Assembly: GCA_964575445.1 (NCBI GenBank)
Contig: CAZNRT010000002.1
Span: 6,328 to 61,267 of the forward strand
DNA length: 54,940 nt
Direction: 5' to 3'
Origin: an uncultured Proteiniphilum sp.
Lineage (GTDB): Bacteria > Bacteroidota > Bacteroidia > Bacteroidales > Dysgonomonadaceae
Positions within the stretch are counted from its first letter, which is position 1. Every line of letters begins with the position of its first letter. The notes below the pieces were generated by a model. It worked only from the letters and a program-made list of their open reading frames with translations. It was not told the DNA's origin and made no database searches. Below, piece by piece: positions 20,399 through 30,031 of this stretch. The translations under genes and the position numbers were made by a program.

Positions 20399-21787
20399 AT
20401 GAAAAATATTAAATGCTTTGTATTGGTTCTATTAATACTATCATTTGGTGAGATATATGCCAATAATGATAATCCATTGATTTATAAGATAAATATCAGA
20501 CAGAATATTGGTAGCAACACGTGGGTATATCTACAAAACGGACTGCACGAGGCACTAAATAAAAATTCTTCTTGTGTGCTAATCCATATGAATACTTATG
20601 GAGGATCAGTAGTGGAGGCAGACTCTATGAGAACTGCTATTTTGAATTATCCCCTTCCAGTATATGTATTTATAGATAATAATGCAGCTTCGGCGGGTGC
20701 ACTTATTTCTATTGCATGCGATAGTATTTTTATGAGAAACAGTGCATCAATAGGAGCCGCCACGGTGGTGACTGGTGATGATGGATCTAAGGCACCTGAC
20801 AAATATCAATCATATATGCGAGGTATTATGCGAGCTACGGCAGAGAGTCATGGTAAGAAACCAATTATTCAACAAAATGGAGATACAGTAATGGTGTGGC
20901 GAAGAAATCCGCTAATTGCAGAGGCTATGGTGGACGAGAGGATTGTGGTGAAGGGATACGCCGACTCTACTCAGATATTGACTCTTACGGCTTCGCAAGC
21001 TGTTGATTTGGGCTATTGTGATGGGGTGGCAGATAATATAAACCAGATAGCAATAGAATATCTTGGTTATAAAGATTATGATATCGTGGTTTACAACCCA
21101 ACGTTTTATGACAAAATAAAAGCATTTCTTATGAATGGCTTTTTGCAAGCCTTTCTGATAATGTTTATAATAGGGGGCATATACTTTGAGCTTCAATCAC
21201 CTGGCATAGGATTTCCTACTGCTATTGCCGTCACTGCAGCAATACTATATTTCACGCCTTTGTATCTTACTGGATATGCACAAAACTGGGAGGTATTAAT
21301 ATTTGTTTTGGGCTTGATTCTTATTGTATTTGAAATATTTGTAATTCCTGGTTTTGGATTTGTGGGTATATCGGGAATAGTGCTGGTGGTTGCCTCATTG
21401 ATATTGTCGCTTATTGGCAACATTCATTTTGATTTTAGCACTATTTCATTCAAAGAGTTATATAGAGCAATGATGATTGTGACTGCTGGTTTGGGTGCTG
21501 GCATAGTGATAATAATATATGCTTCGAGCCGAATTGGCAAACCAGGAGTGTTTCAAAAAGTTGCACTTGTGGCAGATCAGGAAGGGTATGTTTCTGTGCC
21601 TTTGGAGCCAAAAAACCTTGTTGGAAAAACGGGGATTGCTGCTACCGTATTACGACCATCGGGCAAGGTGTTAATTGACGAGCAGTATTATGATGCTATT
21701 TCAATAAAAGGTTTTTTAGAAAAAGATGATACCGTTATTGTGAAACGATACGAGAACTTTCAATTATATGTGTTGAAAAAGAGCTAA
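20399..21787 (+). CDS. nfeD: NfeD family membrane-bound ClpP-class protease
   Basis: MNTYGG, NAASAGALI, ELQSPG, transmembrane bundle, C-terminal OB fold (TVLRPSGKV). Start moved downstream of TATCTTTG at 20369. Confidence 0.88.
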   Translation: MKNIKCFVLVLLILSFGEIYANNDNPLIYKINIRQNIGSNTWVYLQNGLHEALNKNSSCVLIHMNTYGGSVVEADSMRTAILNYPLPVYVFIDNNAASAGALISIACDSIFMRNSASIGAATVVTGDDGSKAPDKYQSYMRGIMRATAESHGKKPIIQQNGDTVMVWRRNPLIAEAMVDERIVVKGYADSTQILTLTASQAVDLGYCDGVADNINQIAIEYLGYKDYDIVVYNPTFYDKIKAFLMNGFLQAFLIMFIIGGIYFELQSPGIGFPTAIAVTAAILYFTPLYLTGYAQNWEVLIFVLGLILIVFEIFVIPGFGFVGISGIVLVVASLILSLIGNIHFDFSTISFKELYRAMMIVTAGLGAGIVIIIYASSRIGKPGVFQKVALVADQEGYVSVPLEPKNLVGKTGIAATVLRPSGKVLIDEQYYDAISIKGFLEKDDTVIVKRYENFQLYVLKKS

Positions 21788-21794
21788 TCTATTT

Positions 21795-22256
21795 TTATAT
21801 CATTGCTTTTAGTGTTTTGTAATCAGGTATGTCATCTACAAAATGATATGTCATATTATCATAATCCATTAAGCAACAATAGTGAGCTACGCCATTGGAT
21901 ACTATTAAATACTTCACTTTAAGTACAATATTATATCTCGCAATCTGGTCAAATACTTCTTGGGTAATTTCTATCTCGGGGTTTTTGTATTCACAGATTG
22001 CCAACGGCTTCAAGTTGTTATCATAAACCACTGTGTCACAACGCTTGGTGAGCGAGTTTAGCTTTATAGCAGTCTCATTAGCCATCAGGGTTGGAGGATA
22101 GCCCTTGTGGTTGATTAGGTAATTAACAAAGTTTTGTCGCACCCATTCTTCAGGTGTCAAGTATAAGTATTTTCGACGTAGAATATCAAATATTTCAAAG
22201 CTATCACCAGCTTTTCTGATTTTTGCTTCATATTTGGGTAGATTTAATGCCGACAT
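21795..22256 (-). CDS. Type I restriction HsdR N-terminal-domain protein (standalone)
   Basis: LTPEEWVRQ, KRCDTVV, ICEYK, FDQIARYN, VSNG. Confidence 0.85.
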   Translation of the reverse strand: MSALNLPKYEAKIRKAGDSFEIFDILRRKYLYLTPEEWVRQNFVNYLINHKGYPPTLMANETAIKLNSLTKRCDTVVYDNNLKPLAICEYKNPEIEITQEVFDQIARYNIVLKVKYLIVSNGVAHYCCLMDYDNMTYHFVDDIPDYKTLKAMI

Positions 22257-22308
22257 ATTGTATCTTTGTTTTGAAGAATTATTTGTGACCTACAAAAATA
22301 GATGAAAT

Positions 22309-23085
22309 ATGATAACTAAACAACAAATTGTAGAGAATTGGCTGCCAAGATATACTAAGCGCCCATTAGAAGAATTTTCAAAATATATTTTGTTGACAAA
22401 CTTTCAAAAGTATGTCGAGATATTTGCGAATCACTTTAATTCTCCAATTTTGGGTTTGGATGCTAATATGCCCAGTTCGTCGGCAAACGGAATCACTATT
22501 ATAAATTTTGGAATGGGGAGTGCTAATGCTGCTACCATAATGGACTTGCTGAGTGCAGTTTCTCCAACAGCTGTATTGTTTTTAGGAAAATGCGGAGGCT
22601 TAAAACCTCAAAACAATTTGGGGGATTATATACTGCCAATTGCTGCAATAAGAGGAGAAGGAACATCTAACGATTATCTACCCCCCGAGGTGCCATCGCT
22701 GCCTGCATTTAGTCTTTTACGCTCGGCTTCATCAAATATTAGAGATTTCGGAAGGGACTATTGGACAGGTACAGTATATACAACTAATCGGAGGGTATGG
22801 GAATATGACGATGATTTTAAGAAGTATCTGATAAAGCTTCGTGTAATGGCGGTGGATATGGAGACAGCTACTGTCTTCACATGTGGCTTTGCAAACCATA
22901 TATCAACAGGGGCTCTGCTTTTAGTTACCGATCAGCCAATGATTTCGACTGGAGTAAAAACAGATAAAAGTGACAAAATTATTACTGAAACTTTTGTAGA
23001 GGAGCATGTCAAAATCGGCATAAAAACATTGACTACACTTATTAATAAAGGAACCACAGTAAAGCATCTAAGATTTGACTTTTAA
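22309..23085 (+). CDS. amn: AMP nucleosidase (Bacteroidota type)
   Basis: NWLPRYT, ILLTNF, INFGMGSANAA, LGKCGG, IRGEGTS, VDMETAT. Confidence 0.9.
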   Translation: MITKQQIVENWLPRYTKRPLEEFSKYILLTNFQKYVEIFANHFNSPILGLDANMPSSSANGITIINFGMGSANAATIMDLLSAVSPTAVLFLGKCGGLKPQNNLGDYILPIAAIRGEGTSNDYLPPEVPSLPAFSLLRSASSNIRDFGRDYWTGTVYTTNRRVWEYDDDFKKYLIKLRVMAVDMETATVFTCGFANHISTGALLLVTDQPMISTGVKTDKSDKIITETFVEEHVKIGIKTLTTLINKGTTVKHLRFDF

Positions 23086-23094
23086 TTACACTTT

Positions 23095-24117
23095 ATGGCT
23101 AAGAAAATTGCAACCTTTGATTCAATTAAACAAGATATTATAAATAGAAAATTTGCTCCCATATATTTACTTATGGGTGATGAGTCATATTTTATTGATC
23201 AGTTGACAGAATTATTGCTCAAAACAGTATTAACTGAAACAGAGAAAGACTTTAATCTATTGACATTTTATGGAATAGACTCGGATGTGAAAAACATTGT
23301 TGCCTCAGCTCGACGATTTCCATTAATGTCGGAATATCAGCTAATAGTAATAAAAGAGGCACAAAATCTATCCGAGATTGAAGTATTGGATTCATACGCA
23401 AGAAATCCATTGAGGAGCACCATTTTAATAATAAATTATAAGCATGGGCGTATAGACAAAAGGCGTGCATTGGTGAAAAGTATTGAAGATAAGGATGGAA
23501 TTGTATTTGAATCAAAGAAACTGTATGAAAATCAGATCCCAGCCTTTATCAAAAGCTATTTCGCAAATAAAAATGTGCGTATTGACGATAAATCTGCACA
23601 AATGCTCACAGATTTCCTTGGAAATGATATTAGCAAATTAATCCAAGAATTAGAAAAACTAATCATATCATTGCCGAAAGGCAACAATACGATTACAGCT
23701 GAATTGATAGAGAAAAATGTAGGAATCAGCAAGGACTTTAATAATTTTGAATTACTCAAAGCAATTATTAGCAAGGATTATCTTTCGGCAAACAGAATTG
23801 CAATCTATTTTGACAAAAATCCAAAAGAAAATCCTACAATTGTAACTTTAGCGGTACTATTCAACTACTTCAGTACTCTATTGGAGTGCTTTTGGTTGCC
23901 TCAGAAGAATGAGCAGAGTGTGATGGCATTGTTAAATTTGAAGTCTTCATTTTTTGCACGAGACTATATGATGGGTTTGAGAAACTATAACGCAGCCAAA
24001 GTAATGGGTGTTATTTCTGATTTGAGAGTTTTTGATGCCAAAATTAAGGGTATAGGAAACGTATCAACTCCGTCAAGCGAACTACTTAAAGAGTTAATAT
24101 ATAGAATTATGCATTAA
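23095..24117 (+). CDS. holA: DNA polymerase III delta subunit
   Basis: PIYLLMGDESYFID, DFNL, ARRFP, ELEKL, GISKDFNNFEL. Confidence 0.9.
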   Translation: MAKKIATFDSIKQDIINRKFAPIYLLMGDESYFIDQLTELLLKTVLTETEKDFNLLTFYGIDSDVKNIVASARRFPLMSEYQLIVIKEAQNLSEIEVLDSYARNPLRSTILIINYKHGRIDKRRALVKSIEDKDGIVFESKKLYENQIPAFIKSYFANKNVRIDDKSAQMLTDFLGNDISKLIQELEKLIISLPKGNNTITAELIEKNVGISKDFNNFELLKAIISKDYLSANRIAIYFDKNPKENPTIVTLAVLFNYFSTLLECFWLPQKNEQSVMALLNLKSSFFARDYMMGLRNYNAAKVMGVISDLRVFDAKIKGIGNVSTPSSELLKELIYRIMH

Positions 24118-24140
24118 ATATGTGGATACAATAATTAGTT

Positions 24141-24695
24141 CTAATCTCCTTCTAACCAATCTAATACTACTTTGCTTTTGGGGCTATCTTTGGGCATTAA
24201 TACATTGATGATGTTGCCATGCTCATCAATTAGGTACTTTTGAAAGTTCCAAGTAACCTCTTGATCTGTAACACCATTTTTCTTCTTATTGGTTAGCCAT
24301 TCATAAATGGGTGCTATATCGTCACCCTTTACACTAATTTTTTCCATTAATGGGAATGTAATAGAATAATTATTGGCGCAAAACTCCTTTATCTCTTCAT
24401 TAGTACCTGGTTCTTGATTTTTAAAGTTGTTTGCTGGGAATCCGATAATCACAAATCCCTTATCCTTATACGAATCATATAAGTCTTGCAACTCTTCGTA
24501 TTGAGGAGTAAATCCACACTTGGATGCAACATTCACTATCATTACTTTCTTATTCTTGAGCGATGACATATCGAACTCTTTACCATCAATATCAGTAACC
24601 TTGAAATTGTATAGGTTCATATGTGAAATATTTTGTGAATTTGCTATTGACATTATCGTGAATATATATAAAACAGCCACTATTATCTTCTTCAT
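24141..24695 (-). CDS. Glutathione peroxidase family protein (Cys type) with signal peptide
   Basis: VNVASKCGFTPQY, GFPANNF...QEPG, WNFQKYLID. Confidence 0.92.
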   Translation of the reverse strand: MKKIIVAVLYIFTIMSIANSQNISHMNLYNFKVTDIDGKEFDMSSLKNKKVMIVNVASKCGFTPQYEELQDLYDSYKDKGFVIIGFPANNFKNQEPGTNEEIKEFCANNYSITFPLMEKISVKGDDIAPIYEWLTNKKKNGVTDQEVTWNFQKYLIDEHGNIINVLMPKDSPKSKVVLDWLEGD

Positions 24696-24961
24696 AAATT
24701 TTTGTATTTCAATTGCAATAATATATATGTAATATCTTACTAAATCATAATAAGTAATTATTAGAGAAATTTCTTCAACATAGATTTCGGAGCATAACTA
24801 CTTGTGTATTAAACAAGTTATGTCAAAGTAAAGTTCACCAGAATCGAATAAAATATTTATTACAACAAGGTGGACTAAAAACAAACAATGTTGCAAAATT
24901 GAGTAATAAAAACAATTCATTTGATAGCGATAATTGGATTATTATAGCCATAAATTATAAC

Positions 24962-25439
24962 TATACATTTGAATTGTGTAAATATAATAAGCAACATGCG
25001 CAATTAAATATACAATTGTATTGCATTGGTCAACATATGTATTAGTATAATTGTGTATATCAAATGTATATTATCATTGGCTCACAATTTACATATCTAT
25101 ATAGATGGACTTAACAGATATCTTAAATAAGTACATCTTCAACATATTAGTGTATATATAAGCGTGTTATAAAATATATTTAAAGCATATCTTTTATAGA
25201 ATTGATTTTAAAATTTAAAATATGATTACAGTGTTAAAATAAAATTTAATCAGTGATATACTATGCTAATAATTAATGATTTACAAATAATATATAAAGT
25301 CTTGAGTAATTAATTATATCGAGTGATTACAATTCCACCGCAATTGGCGGAACATTTGTATATCTATTTGACTACAAATGTTCACGCATATGTAATCAGG
25401 CTTGATTTGCATATGTAAATTTTAATATGTACATTTGTA
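24962..25439. promoter_or_regulatory. Cluster of ACAWWTGT-like dyads (putative operators) and -7 element upstream of the HTH gene
   Basis: Exact or near matches at about 24965, 25012, 25033, 25060, 25091, 25352, 25374, 25386, 25409 and 25431. The last overlaps TACATTTG (25430-25437). Confidence 0.55.
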
Positions 25440-25486
25440 TTGGATTTAAAGAGGTGTATATATATACAAAACAGCATTGTTACGAC

Positions 25487-25936
25487 ATGAAAGAGAGAAT
25501 TAAACAAATAATCGATAGTGAAGATATTACTCCCGCAAAATTTGCAGATATGTTGCAGATTAATCGTGCTGTAATATCACATATTTTGAATGGACGCAAC
25601 AATCCAAGTTTAGATGTTGCATCAAAAATATTATTAGAGATGCCATATATTGATCCAACCTGGTTGTTAAATGGTATAGGAGAAATGTATAAAGATGGAT
25701 ATGAAAAATCTCATCGAATAGATAAAGGTTTATTCAACGAGGAGCTTGATGGTAGTGCAGATGGTAATACAAATGATTTTAAAGCTAAGGAATCTATAGT
25801 TAACAAGGTATTTAATTCTGCCCATTCACCTAAAAATGAGCAGAATATATTGCAAAAAGGAGTTGTGAAAAAAATCAGGCAAATAATTATCTATTATGAT
25901 GATAATACATTCGAGACCTTTGTGATGGACAAATAA
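25487..25936 (+). CDS. XRE-family helix-turn-helix protein
   Basis: MKERIKQII...FADMLQINRAVISHILNGRNNPSLD...WLLNGIGEM; C-terminal KKIRQIIIYYDDNTFE. Confidence 0.85.
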   Translation: MKERIKQIIDSEDITPAKFADMLQINRAVISHILNGRNNPSLDVASKILLEMPYIDPTWLLNGIGEMYKDGYEKSHRIDKGLFNEELDGSADGNTNDFKAKESIVNKVFNSAHSPKNEQNILQKGVVKKIRQIIIYYDDNTFETFVMDK

Positions 25937-25946
25937 TGTCTTTGTA

Positions 25947-26528
25947 TTATTTCTTTATTCTATCCTGATTGTGAGTAGCAAAATCTTTCCAACTTTTAAA
26001 TTTTGTACCCCCTTCGGATTGGATTCCCTGCGATTGATAGAAGTGGCACAAAGCAGCTGCCACACCATCGGTTGCATCAAGCTGGGGAATCATATTTTCA
26101 TCGGGTATCTTCAATATTTTCTGCAGCATATAAGCTACTTGCTCTTTAGCTGCACGTCCATTGCCAGTAATTGCCATTTTAATCTTTAAAGGTGCATATT
26201 CAAATATGGGTATATCTCTTGAGATTGCAGCAGCCATGGCAACACCTTGAGCTCTACCAAGCTTGAGCATACTTTGCACATTCTTTCCAAAAAAAGGAGC
26301 TTCAATTGCAAGCTCGTCAGGCAGATACTCTTCTATTAGTCCTAAAACTCTCGAATGTATTTTTGAAAGTCTTAGATAATGATCTTCATATTTATTGAGC
26401 TGGATAATTCCCATATTTTCAAGCTGGGGTTTATTATTTAGGATTTTAATAACACCATAGCCCATAATATGAGTACCTGGATCAATACCCATTATGATAC
26501 GTTCTTTTATTATTTCATTATCTTTCAT
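25947..26528 (-). CDS. ruvC: Holliday junction resolvase RuvC
   Basis: [34 protein letters not shown]. Confidence 0.96.
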   Translation of the reverse strand: MKDNEIIKERIIMGIDPGTHIMGYGVIKILNNKPQLENMGIIQLNKYEDHYLRLSKIHSRVLGLIEEYLPDELAIEAPFFGKNVQSMLKLGRAQGVAMAAAISRDIPIFEYAPLKIKMAITGNGRAAKEQVAYMLQKILKIPDENMIPQLDATDGVAAALCHFYQSQGIQSEGGTKFKSWKDFATHNQDRIKK

Positions 26529-26833
26529 AGCTCAATTGGCTGCAATATAGTAGAGAATCCCAAAACCTTTTGTTGAAACTTTGACATTAGCAAAATATAA
26601 AGTTCTTTGCCAGTCTGTATGTTCCAAGCTTCTAATATCTCTATGTTTGCAACCTTAAATTCTAACGCATATGCGAGCCCCGCTTTTTCATCTACTGAAT
26701 GTATTCTTGATAATCTTGGCTCAGAGATCATATTATTTTTGAGAGCTCTTGGTATATATTCTTTGCCAATGAAATCTAAAAACTGTTCGTCCAAAGCATT
26801 CTCTACACTAAATGTTGTATTATATATTATCAT
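26525..26833 (-). CDS. DUF4286 family protein
   Basis: MIIYNTTF start and VLGFSTIL end; about 100 aa; overlaps the ruvC start. Confidence 0.75.
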   Translation of the reverse strand: MIIYNTTFSVENALDEQFLDFIGKEYIPRALKNNMISEPRLSRIHSVDEKAGLAYALEFKVANIEILEAWNIQTGKELYILLMSKFQQKVLGFSTILQPIEL

Positions 26834-26894
26834 TACTTTTTTGTCTATGTATTATTTACTATTCGAATATCTTTGCAAATTTAAATAAAAACTG

Positions 26895-26902
26895 TATCTT
26901 TG
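26895..26902 (+). promoter_or_regulatory. -7 promoter element for tRNA-Ala
   Basis: TATCTTTG about 20 nt upstream of the tRNA. Confidence 0.65.
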
Positions 26903-26923
26903 CCAAGCAATATTAAAATGAAT

Positions 26924-26997
26924 GGGGGATTAGCTCATCTGGCTAGAGCGTTTGACTGGCAGTCAAAAGGTGATCGGTTCGAGTCCGATATTCTCCA
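26924..26997 (+). tRNA. tRNA-Ala (anticodon GGC)
   Basis: Acceptor stem GGGGGAT/ATTCTCC with G3:U70; anticodon arm TTTGA-CTGGCAG-TCAAA; T-loop TTCGAG; CCA not encoded. Confidence 0.96.
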
Positions 26998-27038
26998 CAA
27001 TCTTAAACTGTAACTTACCACAAAATTGAAACACAATG

Positions 27039-27073
27039 AAGAGACAATTATGATTAGCATAGTTGTCTCTTTT
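27039..27073 (+). terminator. Intrinsic terminator after tRNA-Ala
   Basis: AAGAGACAATTATG / CATAGTTGTCTCTT stem followed by a T-rich tail. Confidence 0.7.
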
Positions 27074-27427
27074 AATTTTATGCCATTCTCGATGCTTAAC
27101 TTAGGCGTAAACTTCATAGCGAAAATAGAACAACATAGCCTAACTCATATCAGAGTAAGATTGCTTAGGATTACTGCTCAGGTATTACTAAACGTTGAAA
27201 AGAAGAATGATGTAAATATATTTAGACCTTCGTCAAGTACTTAGCTGAATGATATAAAATTAGAATTAACACCAAAACACAACTCGGCGAATAGCTAAAA
27301 ATTTATTTTTTACTTGGTAGGGTGTTGTTTGGATAATAGAAAAAATAAAAAGGGCTTGATTCATTGTTGCCATACCTTACAAAAATATTTTTTCACTAAA
27401 AATAGATGCTTTGCATGACGAAAAGTA

Positions 27428-27721
27428 GTGAATAATGGTTTTGTAAAGCGTGGCGGAAGCTAAAAAAAAGTGAATGATGGTTTTGTAAAGCATTGCGAGT
27501 ACAAATAAAAAGTGAATAATGGTTTTGTAAGGTGTGGCGAGTAGTTGAAAGTTGTGAATAGTGGTTTTGTAAAGCATGGCGGGTGAGTAAAAATAGTGAA
27601 TAGTGGTTTTGTAACCCTTGTCGCATCATTGAAACTTGTGAATGGTGGTTTTGTAAAGCGTGTTGGATAATAAAAAAAAGTGAATGGTGGTTTTGTAAGT
27701 TGTGTCGTATTTTGAAATTTA
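27428..27721. repeat. Tandem array B: 7 copies, exact 42-bp period, 19-bp core GTGAATRRTGGTTTTGTAA plus a 23-bp diverged part
   Basis: Cores start at 27428, 27470, 27512, 27554, 27596, 27638 and 27680. Confidence 0.97.
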
Positions 27722-27945
27722 TTTTTTGCCGTCTAAAACAAGTATTACGGATACGTGAAATTTATTTTTGGTGTAAAGCACATATAAGTTCAGTTATTTA
27801 AAAAATTGTGTCGCACCTACGACATATAATTTGAATACTCAAAAAAAATTATTGCTCTTGACAAGTAATCTGACGAGGGGTACAAAAATATTTATCCCAG
27901 CATCATCTAAACAGGGGACTATTCAGGGGATTATTCATCAGATTG

Positions 27946-27977
27946 TTTGTATTTCTCAAAATAATGATGTAATTTTG
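27946..27977 (+). promoter_or_regulatory. Sigma-A promoter for rplU-rpmA
   Basis: TTTG (27946) - 20 nt - TAATTTTG (27970): canonical Bacteroidota -33/-7 spacing. Confidence 0.75.
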
Positions 27978-28061
27978 CACCTCAATTTGCCAACAGGCTA
28001 AAAAAGAAGTAGTGATGTTACTACTCGCCTAAGGTAATAACTAAATAGTTATTTTATAAAT

Positions 28062-28373
28062 ATGTACGTAATTGTAGATATCCAAGGTCAGCAATTCAAA
28101 TTGCAACAAGACCAAAAAGTATTTGTTCACAGAATTGATGCTGAAGAAGGTAGCACTCTGGAATTTGAAAAAGTAATGCTCATCGATAATGATGGCAACA
28201 TTCAAGTTGGTACGCCAGTTATTGACGGAGCCAAAGTTATAGTTGAAGTACTATCACACGTTAAAGGTGATAAAGTTCTTGTATTTAAAAAGAAAAGAAG
28301 AAAAGGTTACAGAAAATTAAACGGACATCGTCAACAATTTTCTCAAATCAGAGTTAAAGAAATTATTGCTTAA
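28062..28373 (+). CDS. rplU: 50S ribosomal protein L21
   Basis: [13 protein letters not shown]...[17 protein letters not shown]. Confidence 0.98.
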   Translation: MYVIVDIQGQQFKLQQDQKVFVHRIDAEEGSTLEFEKVMLIDNDGNIQVGTPVIDGAKVIVEVLSHVKGDKVLVFKKKRRKGYRKLNGHRQQFSQIRVKEIIA

Positions 28374-28395
28374 TCATTTTAAAAATTAGAAGAAA

Positions 28396-28659
28396 ATGGC
28401 ACATAAGAAAGGTGTTGGTAGTTCAAAGAACGGTCGCGAATCGCATAGTAAACGATTAGGCGTGAAAATATTTGGTGGAGAAGTAGTAAAAGCAGGCAAT
28501 ATCATCGTACGCCAACGTGGCACAGCTCATCATCCTGGTGATAACGTGGGTATTGGCAAGGACCACACATTGTTTGCATTGACAGACGGTACTGTGGTAT
28601 TCCGTAAGCGTCACAATAATCGCTCATTTGTATCTGTGCTTCCAAATGCTGAGGCATAG
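28396..28659 (+). CDS. rpmA: 50S ribosomal protein L27
   Basis: [16 protein letters not shown]...RLGVK...RQRGT. Confidence 0.98.
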   Translation: MAHKKGVGSSKNGRESHSKRLGVKIFGGEVVKAGNIIVRQRGTAHHPGDNVGIGKDHTLFALTDGTVVFRKRHNNRSFVSVLPNAEA

Positions 28660-28711
28660 TATATTAAGAGTATAAGGATAATATCCATAGAATTATATTT
28701 TTTTAGTTTAT

Positions 28712-28748
28712 AAAACAACCTGTCTTGTATTAGCCAGGTTGTTTTTTT
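28712..28748 (+). terminator. Intrinsic terminator after rpmA
   Basis: AAAACAACCTG ... CAGGTTGTTTT followed by a T-run. Confidence 0.8.
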
Positions 28749-28777
28749 ATTTTATACAACCTAAATACATTGCTGAA

Positions 28778-29971
28778 ATGATATTATCACCTCAAGATAA
28801 AGAGTTTATATTACAGAATGAAAAAGCAAGTGTTGCTGATATAGCATTAAGTTTAAGCAAAGGCGATATTGACAAAGAGAGGATTAATTTCCTATTGAAT
28901 CAGATTGTCGGCAGACAATTATCAAAAAGAAAAATATTGAAATGGCACAAAAACGGAGAGATCATTTATCCGCCACATTTATCCGTTGAGCAAGCCTCTT
29001 CGGAAGATACTGCCAAGTTCAAAGCATCATTAATTAAAGATAATGACACTTCTTTTATAGATCTCACTGGTGGATTTGGGGTTGATTTTTCTTATTTTGC
29101 AGAGAAATTTAAAAGTGCAACATATATTGAGCAAAACAAGGAACTTTGTGAGATTGCCAAGCATAACTTTATTGCTTTAGGGCTAAATAATATCAACGTG
29201 GTTAATGGCAATTCTGAGGATTTTTTAGCGTCAATGTTGGATGTCGTTGATGTAATATACTTAGATCCTGCAAGAAGAGGCATTTTGGGAAATAGGGTCT
29301 TTAGAATAGAAGATTGCTCTCCAAATGTGATTGAGATTCAAGAGTTACTATTGAATAAATCATCTAAGATTATTATTAAATATTCTCCGATGTTAGACAT
29401 TTCATCTGCTTTAAAAGTATTAGATCATGTATCAGATGTATATATTGTTTCTGTAGATAATGAATGCAAAGAGTTATTGTTTATCATTTCAAAGTCTGAC
29501 CAACCTATATCATATAACGCCATTAATATCAGAAAAAACAATCATAAGGAAGAGTTTTCTTTTATTTATGAAAACGAATTGAGTCTTGACATTCCTTATA
29601 CAGACACAATACTTAGATATCTATATGAGCCAAATGTATCAATCCTAAAAGCGGGTGCCTATAAGACAATTGCACAACGTTTTAATCTTAATAAATTACA
29701 CCCTAATAGCCATCTGTACACATCTGATTTATTAATTGAAGATTTTCCTGGAAGACGATTCGAGGTTAAGCATTCTTTTCCACCAAATAAGAATAATCTA
29801 AAACAACATCTAAGCAAAATCAATAAAGCAAATATATCTATTAGAAACTACCCTATGAGCGTGGATGAAATAAGAAGCACTATGAAATTACACGATGGAG
29901 GGGACATCTATATATTTGCTACTACCATTCAATCAGGTAAAAAAGTATGGATTATTTGTGATAGAATATAA
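28778..29971 (+). CDS. Class I SAM-dependent methyltransferase with THUMP-like C-terminus
   Basis: SVEQASSE, DLTGGFGVD, YLDPARR, YEPNVSILKAG. Confidence 0.82.
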   Translation: MILSPQDKEFILQNEKASVADIALSLSKGDIDKERINFLLNQIVGRQLSKRKILKWHKNGEIIYPPHLSVEQASSEDTAKFKASLIKDNDTSFIDLTGGFGVDFSYFAEKFKSATYIEQNKELCEIAKHNFIALGLNNINVVNGNSEDFLASMLDVVDVIYLDPARRGILGNRVFRIEDCSPNVIEIQELLLNKSSKIIIKYSPMLDISSALKVLDHVSDVYIVSVDNECKELLFIISKSDQPISYNAINIRKNNHKEEFSFIYENELSLDIPYTDTILRYLYEPNVSILKAGAYKTIAQRFNLNKLHPNSHLYTSDLLIEDFPGRRFEVKHSFPPNKNNLKQHLSKINKANISIRNYPMSVDEIRSTMKLHDGGDIYIFATTIQSGKKVWIICDRI

Positions 29972-29976
29972 ATAAA

Positions 29977-30005
29977 AACGGAGATAATCATTATTTATCT
30001 CCGTT
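29977..30005. terminator. Hairpin terminator between convergent genes
   Basis: AACGGAGATAA / TTATCTCCGTT perfect 11-bp stem. Confidence 0.75.
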
Positions 30006-30031
30006 ACTTTAACAATATCTCGCAAATGCTT

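Noticed and set aside
24700-25480. oriC in the long AT-rich gap
   Set aside because: No cluster of TTATCCACA-like DnaA boxes seen, and gene orientation converges rather than diverges in this window.
27026-27244. 72-aa ORF after the tRNA
   Set aside because: TTG start, overlaps the tRNA terminator hairpin, no recognisable motif.
27377-27629. Minus-strand ORFs with 14-aa repeats (LQNHYS..., YKTIIH...)
   Set aside because: Two frames are open simply because the unit is a multiple of 3. The starts lie inside the array, and array A has 41-bp units that break frame. Not formally excluded.
27428-27721. CRISPR array interpretation of array B (and of A and C)
   Set aside because: The 19-bp repeat and 23-bp spacers are too short, the spacers are homologous to one another, and no cas genes are in the window.
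26924-27900. Integrated element at tRNA-Ala
   Set aside because: No integrase gene, and I saw no duplicated tRNA 3' end.
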